A stretch of DNA of 64,000 nucleotides, taken from the NCBI RefSeq assembly GCF_009914755.1, contig NC_060926.1, one strand, 5' to 3'. The stretch's first letter is position 1. The number at the start of each line of letters is the position of its first letter. This stretch comes from the human T2T-CHM13v2.0 reference genome, Homo sapiens. The translations under genes and the position numbers were made by a program. Below the pieces are notes generated by a model. The model was not told the DNA's origin. It did not search any database and saw only the letters and a program-made list of their open reading frames with translations. Of this stretch, positions 52,771 to 64,000 are shown piece by piece.

Positions 52771-55700
52771 CACTATCACCTGCCCCATCCCACCTTTCCC
52801 TGATTTCCATTGCCATGGAAAGGAGCCCTCTGGGCCTGCCTGTGGCCCTAAAGGGCTGCAGCCCTCCTCAGCACCGGCCCAGCACCCACTGGGCCCAGTA
52901 TAGGGCATTCTCCAGCCTGTGCTGTCATTCTGTCGCCTGTTGTCTGGTGCTGGGAGGTAGGATTGAAGGCTTTCCTCCTGGGCGGGCTGCTCAGGTTGCA
53001 AGGTAGATCCTATATTTTTAAGCCCTGTAGAGTCTCAGCTGTCCCATTTTGAGGGTTATGCATCCTACATGGGTTCACAGAATCCCTTTCGCTGAGACTT
53101 GGAGGAATGAAGAGGACAGAGAGGGTCGAGACCCAAACCGAGCAGGCCCCGGAGGCCTCAGGGCCCTGGGGCTGAAGGGAGCTCCCTAGCCCGAGAATGC
53201 CCCTCACTATTCTCACACTCCACCTTTTGCAGCCCAAATACCCATGGATGCCCCAAGAGATTTCCCTATGAGACAGAAAATTCTAGAACACCAGGAACTC
53301 TCAAAACTAGATATTTCAAAACTCTTAAAGACCTTAAAGAGTAAATGTTTTCATTGTCGATTTAACATAGAGTTACATTAAGCAGCTAACACTTTCCCTT
53401 TCTTGAATAAGATTTCCTGTCTGTCACGTTGCCATTTGCTTTCTTCATGTTTTTGCGATGGACTGCAGCTCCCTCCATTCTGGGGAGCCTCCTGGCGCTG
53501 CAGCAATCCAGCATGACTCGGAGCTCTTTGATTTTCTTTCCCAGTTACTTTATAGCACATGAAGATGTGTTCTTACCAGTGACAGAGGGTCGGTGAGAAT
53601 GACCATTTTTGTTTTCCGTATATCTGTACCTGCCACATCCATACCTTTCTCAGAAGGTCCTGGAATGACTCGTTTCTCTCTCTGCCTCTCTGGGTATTTC
53701 TCCAACCACAGGTTTGCATCCCCAGGGGGAAGCCAGCTCTCTGGTCCCTCATGCTAAGCTTTTTAAGCAGATAGTACTGCCAGGCGGTCTTTAAACCCAA
53801 GGAGGCTTGCCCCTTCCCAAGACTTCAAGGAGTTCTAGAAGAGACTGTGATATTCAGGCCAGGTCCCTGTTTGATGAACAGGGACACTCAATTCCTGGCA
53901 AGTGGGGTGAGCGCCTCCAGCCCTCCCCACCCCCATACCGGTGTGCTGGCCCAGACCCAGGGCATATTCAGGTACTTAAAGTAGCAAATGTCTCTGCTGT
54001 AAAAACCCTCACTCCGGTACTGAAAGCCCAGAGCCCAGGCTCAGGCCACAGAGGTCTGAGATATACTCTCAAGGAGGTTAGCCCATAAAAGAAACAGGTC
54101 ATAGGACTGCATGTTGGGTTTGAGCCTGAAGAAAGGTGCCCATGGTTGTCATCTTCTGTGGCTGCCTGGCAGGTAACCAGATGTGCTTGGCTCTCTTAGC
54201 TTTTGGCTGTGCTATCTGTGGGGTAGTGTTTCTGATCTGTCTTCACTGCCACTCCCAGCTCTCTGAGGCTTTGTGGCTTTTTCTTGGTGGTTGGGCAGGA
54301 AGCCTCTAGAGCCTGAAGGAATTGCTGTGCTTGATGACAGGCACAGGCTATCAATGGCTATAAATCGCCTAGTGGCTGCTTCACGTATTGAAGAAGAACA
54401 TGTTTGCTGTCTGTTCTGCGGATGCTTCTCTGATGGCCGGAACACAGCTGCGAAAAGATTTCGTAGAGTGACTCAGAGCAAGCGCCCAGCTCATGCCCAC
54501 TGAATTAAGCAAGAGGAAGTGGCCAACTTCCGCAGCTGCTCTGAAAGCCCAACACAGCAAGGCCTGGCTGAGATGAACAACATAGATCATTCCACTGACT
54601 TTGGGCTACCCCCAAGCCAACCCCATGTGACCCCACACCTACCCCAAAGCTAGGTGAGACCCAGGGTCCACCCTCCAAGCCCGGGTTACCAGTAGGGGGT
54701 AGGTGCCAAACTGGAGAGTAGACTGTGATGAATGGGTAGCAGAGATGGCAGAGGACATGGCTCATCACCTGGGGTCGGGGACCCCGCTCTCAGCAGCTCC
54801 CTTCCCTGAGTGCCCTGGCATTGGTGTGTCTGTGTGTTCGCGAGCCCTGGCATGCCACTGCGGCTTCACAGTAGCCTCCTGGGCAGCGGCTCATCAGCTT
54901 CCAGCACAGCCTTTGTTGTTCTGTAAATCTGTTAATGTTTGTGCTACCTAGAATAAGAAGGAAGGAGTCATTCTACAGAGAGGATTTATTCTTCCAGGCG
55001 CCAAAACCTTGTTCCTTACGATTATGTCCTGTTCTTTAATGGGGTCCCCTGTACTCCACAGTGTCATTCGCCTCCACACTAGATGTCCACACAATGCTGT
55101 GTATTTTCACTGATTTTGCTGGGGCCCTGCCCTGTCTTTGTCTCTGCCTTTACAGTCAGGGCCAGTTGTCACTTCTCCGTGGCTGTCCGGAGAACCTGTA
55201 GCACCCTCTCCAGCCACTCCAAGCATGAGGCTTTGTGGGGAGCGTGGAATCTGTGAGGAAGCCGAGGCAAGCTGTTAGGATTCTGTTCAATGGGAGGAAA
55301 GGCTCTGAGTGAGGTGGGAAGGAAGGACTTCCCAGGAGGCACACTTGCGTTCCCGGCCCCACCTCTGCGCTGGCTGCCCACAGGCCCTGCTTCTGCCTAT
55401 TTCCTGGTTCTGCTTCATGTTTCAAAGACATAAGATCAAATGTGATTAAGTTTTAGGTAAGCAAGATATTGTGCTTATTATTGAATTGTTCTTCTTTAGT
55501 TTAACAGCCCTCCAGTTTAATCTAAATCTGTTTCCTGTCATTAAGTCTTTGGTGTAGATAAAAGATCAGTTAGCTGGTCGCTATCTTTTGTGTCATAAAT
55601 CTTCTAGGAAACCATTGTTGTGATTTTTCATTGTACCGTTCCTGAAGAGGAAGGAACTTTTCATTCCTTTGGGCTTTTTTCCTGGTGAATTTCCCAGCTG

Positions 55701-55968
55701 TTAGTGTCATCGAGCTTAACTCTCACATCCTTAAGGCAGCATTAGCCTCAGAACCACCAGTACCTCGCTGTGTGCCCTGGGAGGCAGGTTATTACCCTTG
55801 GCTTCATGACCCATGGACAGTCCTTGCAATGGAAGGGAAACACATTTGTGGGTAGAGTGTGGAGAATGTGTGTGAAAGGCTTTCCTCGCCCAGGCAGTAA
55901 GTGCTGCGGAAACAAGCCACTTTTTATGCTAATAAGATTTGGACAGGGGTTGGGAGGTAGGGGAGTGA

Positions 55969-56450
<482 letters not shown>

Positions 56451-56539
56451 TCTTCTATTTTTTAATTACACCTCTAATTGTCTCTGAATTGTCACTGAAT
56501 TAATTGTCTCCTTAATTCAGTGCAGAAGGTTTTCATAAT

Positions 56540-56705
56540 AACACTAATATTTATGGAATAGTTAACAATAGGTCAGAGCTTATAATGTTAAATAAGATAA
56601 CAAAGTTTATCTCATTTAATCCTCACTAGAATAACCCTGCGAGGTAGGTAGAAGAAGTTAGAGAGGTTAAGTAGTCTGCCTAAGGTTACCCAGGTTGTGT
56701 GTGGT
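56540..56705 (-). mobile_element. MIR SINE
   Basis: atctcatttaatcctcac…aaccctgcgaggtaggta…agagaggttaagtagtctgcctaaggttac. Confidence 0.8.
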
Positions 56706-57300
56706 TGACAGTGCCCTACCTTTCCCCCCTGACTTTAGCAATACAAGAATACTGGCAAGTTGCTGCTGCCCTCTGGGCTCTGTTATAAAGTGAAGCTGCC
56801 GATCCACAATGGAGAACCCACTCCTGCAAGGCCAGGCCTCCACAGAGGCCAGAGGCCAGAGGCCAGTAGTGGTCGGGGTGCCCAGGAAGCTGGGCTCAAA
56901 CAAGGGTAACTTGCAAGAATCTTCAGGAAGCCCTTATATTCAGAATTGTGTTCTGTGCCACATGGGCCCTTTCCCACCATCAAACTTAGAAAACGACCCC
57001 TAGGAAAGTCCTCAGAGTTCATGGAAGGGCGCTGAGAAGTCTGCCCACACCCTCGTGGGTTGGAGGACCAGTTTCGCCAAGTGTTCTCTGGCCCAGTTGT
57101 AAACATCATTCGTTTGCTTGTCCAGCAAACATTATTGGACGCCTATTAGTGCCAGGTACTGCACTGAGCACAAGAGAAGGGCCCAGTTCCTTCCCTTGAA
57201 GCCCACAGCCCATCGAGGAAGACAGGTATGTAAGACAGCATTTGCAAGGGGGTGACAAAGGCCAGGGGGGAGGTGAACAAAGGATGCAGGGAGTGGCTCT

Positions 57301-57958
57301 CAGTGTTGTGAGCACCCCGCATGGGAAGGCCAGCGCGGCAGGGTGCTGGGTGCTGTTGCCCTCTGCTTCTCCCGGCTGGAGTGTCAGTGTGGGACCCTGT
57401 AGGCCCCAACCCACCCCAGGGGAGGCAAGTGAGAAGGTGACAGGACAGAGTCATGGGACAAGAACCAGAGGGAAGAGGCCTGGCCAAGCCCTGGAGAACT
57501 GAGCAGAGCAGAGAGCCGCCTCACCAAGCCTCTGTGTTCCATCTTGTCATGCTTGTTGGAATGAGGAGGAATCCCTAAAGATCATGGATAGAAGGAGAAT
57601 GGCTCTTCTTCCCACCACCTCCCCACCGTCTCTCCCTGAAACCCCAGGAGCATTCCAGATACAACACAGGGCGGGGGTCTTCCCTTCATGTTCCTTGAGT
57701 GCAGTGGCCATGGCCACTCCTTTCTCAGAACTCCTACTGCCAGTCTTAGCACTGCTGGCCTCCATACCCAGCAGGGAGGTGTGGTCTGCTCCCACATGGC
57801 TGGCTGGGCCATTCCTGGGCAGATGGTATCGAGTAAGGAGCACCCAGTGTCTTGTGTGGTTGGCACACAAGACACTGTGGTGGTTGAGAGAAGCAGAGGG
57901 CAACAGCACCCAGCACCCTACCACACTGGCCTTCCCATGTGGGGTGCACACGACACTG
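57301..57958. repeat. 71-bp inverted repeat pair (57301-57371 and 57888-57958)
   Basis: Manual ungapped alignment of one copy to the reverse complement of the other gives 65/71 identical. Confidence 0.95.
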
Positions 57959-60900
57959 TGTGGTTGGCACGCAGTGGACACACCCTGGACTGCATGCTAC
58001 GTATAAGCATGTCCTGGTGAAACTAGCAGCCAGTTCTTTGTTTTGTTGCAAATGACCATTTGACAGTACTTCCACAACAGCCAAACATGGCACATGAGGA
58101 ACTGGGCTTGAGTATCACAAAGATTTACTGGTAAATGGACAGGCATAAGCACCATTAATCAGACAGCACAGTTACTCTCCATCTTGGTGGCTGCACAGCT
58201 CAGCGGACCACACAGGGCCCTCCTGGGGTGTTGGGCAAGGCCTCCTCCCAGGCAGAGGCAGCTGGACTGAGGCCAGAGAGTTCTGGGTGCTACAGCCTCT
58301 ACCAGGAACAACAATTCTCACCCAGGGGAGGCCTGAAGGCTGCCTGGGCTTGGCTGCCTGGGCTTGGCCTAACCTACCTGTGAAGAAGCTCCCAGATTGC
58401 TAGTCAGCATCCCAGGTACCAGGAGAGCTTTCTTAATGCATCTGAAAATCCTGGATAAACAGGGCTGCCCTCTGCAACCCAGGCTGCCCTACAAGATGGG
58501 CTTGGCCTCCAGAGTGGTAGCTCAGGGAAGCAGAGCCCTCAGGTCCAGTCACGCTTTGGCATGGTCTGGCCTCACCATCTGACTTACGATTGACCCAGCC
58601 TGCCTGAAAGGACTCAGGGCCTAATCCAGGTTGTTCTGGTCTTGGTTCTCAGGTAGAATGAGAGTGGCGTCGGGGAAAGGGCTGAAGTCTTCACACAGGC
58701 TGTGCGAGAGCACTCAGCAGTCTTTGGTTGACTTTGGGTAGGAGTGGAGATGAAACCCAGCAGTCTTATGGTTTTCCCCGCCCTCCACCCCACCCACCCT
58801 ACCCCTTCCTGTGGACAAAGAGAGGGCAGAGCTGGGGCCTCAGTGCCACGTGGGGTGGGCACATGAAGATGTCAGGGAAGCCCAGAATGTTCTGGGGGGG
58901 GTGGGGGACACATTCATTGAAACCGCTCTGAACCTAGGTCATAAAACTGTGTGTCAATATTTTAAAAGTCACAGAATGAATGCAGAGCTCTGCCAAACTC
59001 AACATGCTGTGTTCCAGGGGGTGATAAGACGAGCGTTAGTTCAGTGGAAAAAAAACCAAGACAAAAGGAGTTTTCTTTTAATCTTCTGTGTTTCATGTTT
59101 ATACTGAGGCAGGCTGCCCTTGCAGGAGAGAATTCATTCATCATGCAACCAACAGATGAGTCCCAGTGACATTGTCACCTGTCACCTGTGTTGGATTTAA
59201 GTGATAACCATATACAGGCAGTAAGAATGTATCGAGGCAAATGTAGCCTGTCCCATTAGGCCAGCAGAAGCCATCTTGGGTTTCTTCTGCCAAGTTCATA
59301 CACCTCTGGTTCAACAGTGATAAGCTGAAGGGAAGTTGCAGGAGCCATAACTGCCACTCCTAGTCCTTTATTACTAGGGGGCTGTGCTTCCACCCCTGAA
59401 AATAAGTCTTGTTTGGCACTCAACGTTTTCTGTGGAGCAAACAAGCAAGTCATGTCTCTGAAATACCTCATTTGTTCCCCCAAACATTTCACCAGCTCCT
59501 CCATGTGCTGCTCAGCTCTGGGATACATAGATGGGCACGGCTAGGTGTTCCCCTCCCTTCCCCACCCAACAGCCTATGGTCTGCAGAGGAAAACTAGCCT
59601 CCAGAGAAGGACAGTCTGGATTCACTGTTGAGATGTGGTTTAGAATCAGCCCACAGGACCATGGAGCCAGGGAGGGAGATGTGTGAACTGAACCTGTACA
59701 GCCCCACGAGTTGCTGAGTGGAGAAGGTGGGCTTGGGTGCGGGGAGCAGAGGGGGCAGAGTGGAAATCCAGGGTGGCCTAAGAGTCTGGGTGCCTGTCAC
59801 CCATGAGGAGGCCCCAAAGAGTCCCTTGGGAACAGAGGCACTGATCTCCTTGTGGCCAGTAAGTGAGCAGGGCTGAGGCAAGGAACAGGCCAGCAAAAGC
59901 CTGCGGGGGGCCAGGGAGTGTGACAACCAAGGACCCCCAGAGCACTAGCAGCTAAGGACCTCATGCCACACTCAGACCTGGGCGAGGGACTGACCTGGAG
60001 ACCTCCTGAGCTTTCTCTGACTGTATGGAGCTCACCAGGGAAAACATGGGGGATGCCTGGATGCATTGCCCAGCTCCGAGCTCAGCACAAAAACTCCCTC
60101 TTGGAACAGTCTAGAAAGAGGCTCACCTGAGGCCCAGCTGTCACCCAGGGGCCATGATGTCATGTGGGCCAAGGCATCTGAGGGGCAGGGGCCTTCCGCA
60201 TCCCACTGCTGCCGTGGCCCGTGGCCCACTCTGCCCTGCCCTCCTGACCCGGAGGCCCAGTGCGTCTCTGTGGGGGGTGGGAGGAGCGTCAGCAAAGGAG
60301 AGGCTGCACAGGGCGCCTTCGGCAGTGACGCGAAACCAAGAGCAGGAAAAGCAACCCTGCTCAGCCCTGGGCGACTCAGACAGGAAAGGGCCTGAGCCTG
60401 AGGCAACCAGGAGGGGGCAGCCTTATCAGGGAGGCCGTGGCGCGGGCCTGAGTGCTGCTTCTGCCCTCATCCAACTGCAGCGGGACAGAGGCAAACAAGA
60501 GGCCCCCCCTTTGTTTCCAGGGGGGCCTGGAAACAAGGCTTCCAAGGTGGCAACAGTGTCCCAGCCCAGCCAGGCGGTGGCTGCAGGGGGCCATGTGTGT
60601 GCGCCTGTGCCTGTGACCAGCCTCAGGGCCTAGGGGCAGGGAGCAGGCCAGGGGAAAGGCTCTGTCCCTGGGGCTTGGCCGGGCAGGTGGAAAGCCAGGT
60701 TCAGATGGGTGACCCTGGGCTCTGCAGCTGCTGTGGTCTGGCAGAGGGGAGGAGGCGCCCTTAGCAGTCAGGGGCAGGATGATGGTAGTGACGTAGCTGA
60801 CTACGGGGGTGCCTGACCCCTGGGCAGCAATGTGCTCTCAGGGTGGGCTCTGTATTGAGTTCCCACTGTCAGCACAGCCTTTGGCTGCTGCCTCCTCCTC

Positions 60901-63469
60901 AGAGGGTTCAGAGCAAATGATGCAGGGTCACCTGAGGACAAAGCATGGATGGGGTGTCAGGGACCCTGGGTCTGGGAGCTTGGGCAAGCCCTTCGAGCTC
61001 ACTGAGCTCCCTGTGCTCCTGCCAGGCATGAGAACTCTGACTTCTGAGACTCAGATGGACCGAGAGTGGCAAAGTGCCTGGCAGTCTCCACATCCAGCCC
61101 TGCCACACTGTGGCATGGGACCTCTGTGGTCACTTCTGTGGCCTCCCAGAGACACCATCTCCCTCTGTCACCTTAGGACCACAGTCCCCTCCCCATGCAC
61201 TGGGTGTGGGGGACCAGTGAGGAGTGGATGAGGAAGTGCAGAGACCACTCTACGCTTGTTTCCCTGCAGACTTTAGTGGCTGTGTGGCTGGGGTGGTGGC
61301 CCTGCTGAAGGGGATCTGACCTGGCAGCCGTTTGGGCAGGAGCAGTTTTCAGATGTGAGCACACGTTCAAACTTGCAGCAGCAAAGCTGCTCAAGGTCCC
61401 AGGAAGCCCAGGCTTCTCTCTCGTTTTTGTGGCTGCCTTGGTAACGTGTGGGTGTAAGAGCGTGTGTATGTGCAGGAGAGAGACGGAGAGAAAGAAAGAC
61501 CTGTGCATTCCAGAACACCCTTCTTCCTTGAACATCCGATTACCCAGAGCCTAATTTTAAAACCGAAGTCGATGCCTTCTTAAGTCTGCGATGGCCCAGC
61601 TGGCCTCCTTAAGTCTGTGATGGCCCAGTTCTGTTCTTGCTCCAAGTCTACGAAGCCAGCTTCCCCTGCTGGGGCTTGAAAGGGACCCCTGGCCAGGAGC
61701 AAGCAGGGCAGCAAGCAAAGCTGTTGGGGGCACTGTGGGGACTCCCCCAGGTGGCCAGGCTTCTGTGTGCCCGTGCCACCCCTCCTCAGGACCTTGTTTC
61801 CAGTTCCGGTTGGGCAGGGGCTGGCACTGGAGAGAGGCTTATGTGTCAACACCATAAAGCAGCCAGCAAGCCCTAATGACCACGCTCTGCAAGACCACAC
61901 AGCACAGACTGGCACCTGGTTCTGCTTGGGGGCAGGGCCGCTGCCAGCCTGCAGGCCGCCCCTACCTCTGGGAGCAGAGCCCGAACTTGGGGAGCGAATG
62001 AGGCTTCTGGGCTGGCTTTATGCTGACAAGGGCCTTCTGCACTGTCAGCCCGGCCCCAGCTCCCAGCAAGTCTCCTTTCGCTCCCCATTACGGCCACTGG
62101 GGCTCCCTTTGGCAAGGCCTGAGGGCCCAAATGTGGCCATCTAGCCTCTGGGGACTTCCTTCCTTTGGAGCTAGAAAAACAGGTGCAGAATGTGTCTGGC
62201 TACAGCAGGGGCCCGCCCACTCACCTATAGAAAGGCCCTGCCATGGACTGAGCCTCCCAGCCTAGGAAACCTGGCTCTGGCCTCCCCTGCAGGCATATGA
62301 TGTTTGGCTCCAGAGGCCTTCTCCTCTGGGCTTTTCCATGCCTGTGAACTGGGCCCCATTCATTTCTCTGTGGTTTCATGGGAACGTCCAATGCATTCAG
62401 GAGGTTGCAGTGCGCGCAGGAGGAGAGGGGTCAGCGAGAGGCCCGAGCTGTGACTGGTGGGCCACCCAGAGGCCACGGCACCCTCTGCTGGAGACTGGCA
62501 GCAGGGTGCATGGCCAGCTGTGGGTGGGGGTCCATCAGTCAAGCAGCTGCACTTTCTCCCCATCCCCCTCCCCTACCCAGGCAAGGTGCTCTGCCTGCGG
62601 CTCCCTTTCTCCAGGCCTCCACTTTCCAGCTCCCAGGCACCCAGCCCCACCCGGCCTGGCCTGGAACAGAGCTGCCACCAAGATCTCTTCCACTTTCCCT
62701 CCCCAGCAGCCTGCAATTCAGTGCTCCGTAGACCCCTGCCTCCCAGGGCTCTGCGGTTTCCACCACACTACACTCAATTTCCAGCTGCTAAGAACACAGC
62801 AGGTTCTACGTAAAGGTGGCCATCACCTGCACCCCATGGGTTGCCCAGCCATGGAGAAGAGGCCATGGTTGGGTACACAGCTTCTGAGACAGGCCCAGCA
62901 GCTGCCTTCATGGCCTCGGCAGAGCCCAGGGCTCTGGAGCTTACAGGCAGCGTGTGCCCAAGTGTGGAAAATTTGGTCTGCAGAAGAAATGAGGCTGAAA
63001 TTGGCTGGGAGCAATTCTTATCAAAGCCACGTTAGCAGTTTTCAGCAAGAGCTAATTGAACAAGCTCTGTGAGCGGCCTCATTCCATTAGCAGGAGCCTC
63101 CCACAGAGCGTGACAAGGGCCCTGGTGGCTGAGGGCAGAAGAGGCTGTTTCTGTCCCACATTTGCCTTTGGCCTTTGAAAATGGACACATTTTCAGCTTT
63201 GGGCACTGGTCCTGCCCCTCTGCCCCGGCTCCCGCTCATTTCCAAGGCCACTCTCTGAGTGTCCTGTGTGAGGAAGGGGTGAGGTGAGTTTGTCAGCACT
63301 TTATCAGGTGCATGGATCTGAAATGGGACACCTCTGGCCTCCTTGCCAGAGGGTGGCTTTGTGGTGAGGGTAGGGGAGGCAGAAGAAACTTCTAGAAATG
63401 TTGCTTTTACTGTGTTTTTTGCCCAAGTCCTAGAGTTGGGGCACCCAGGCCAGTCACATCATAAGATGT

Positions 63470-63595
63470 GTAATAATAATGTCTTATTTATTCGAGGCCA
63501 GGAACTTGAACATTGCTTCCCTGTTTTACAGGGAAACAAATTGAGATTACATGAGCTTAAGAAGCAAGTGAGTGGTAGGGCTGGCATTCCATGCA
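63470..63595 (-). mobile_element. MIR fragment
   Basis: ccctgttttacagggaaacaaattgag…aagtgagtggtagggctggcattc. Confidence 0.55.
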
Positions 63596-64000
63596 AGCCA
63601 CTGAGGAGAAGCCCCTTGTCTCCATGGCAGGGCCAGGAGAGGGGAGGGACACCCCCCAACCCCTACCACCTGCCAGACAGGACCTTCCTGGCCACAGATG
63701 CCCTGGATCCCTGACTATCAAAACCCAGCCCCAGCCTTTCAGCTGAGCAGAGAAATACTCAGATCCAGTTCCTCGATGGTCAGGGAAGGCAGGCTTCCTC
63801 TGAAGAGCAGATCGCTTTACCCCTTTCTCATCTCATCACCTCTGAGCCCTGCCAGGGTGAGAGCAGCCTTTCCCAGCATCGTCCTTTAAGATGCGACAGA
63901 AACAGGTCCCACCTGAGCCAGCAGGAATGCGGCACCCAGTGGCTGGCTCTGCAGTCTTGATGCTCGCCGGCACCTTCAGGGTGAAGGACGCCCTGTCGTA

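Noticed and set aside
57242-58006. Two ORFs sharing the peptide TPHGKAS..GCWVLLPSAS, suggesting paralogous genes
   Set aside because: Explained by the 71-bp inverted DNA duplication; there is no other coding evidence.
62338-63072. 244-aa plus-strand ORF, the longest in the track
   Set aside because: Pro/Ala/Gly/Trp-rich composition typical of stop-poor GC-rich DNA; no similarity to DIS3L2 or any family I recognise.

Overview
Primate (human or great-ape) genomic DNA lying entirely inside the DIS3L2 gene (uridylation-dependent 3'-5' exoribonuclease, RNB family), which is transcribed on the + strand. Only two coding exons are present: 1915-2148 (234 nt) and 38757-38836 (80 nt), from memory exons 13 and 14. 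They are joined by a 36,608-nt GT-AG intron, and the next exon lies beyond the window. The rest is intron filled with transposon relics: about 16 Alu/FLAM copies (13 antisense to the gene), a 5'-truncated L1PA, old L1M/L2/MIR, two THE1 solo LTRs, MLT1 LTRs and the DNA transposons MER20, MER1B, MER58, Tigger3 and Tigger15. The other ORFs in the track look like noise. I see no new gene or multi-gene system. The most unusual signals are two fossil template-switch events: an Alu carrying an inverted 50-nt copy of sequence about 1 kb downstream, and a complex snap-back plus inverted templated insertion near 57.9 kb. There is also a candidate recursive splice site and a THE1 LTR with an intact DUX4 motif. 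Repeat subfamily calls and many repeat boundaries are by eye from remembered consensus sequences.
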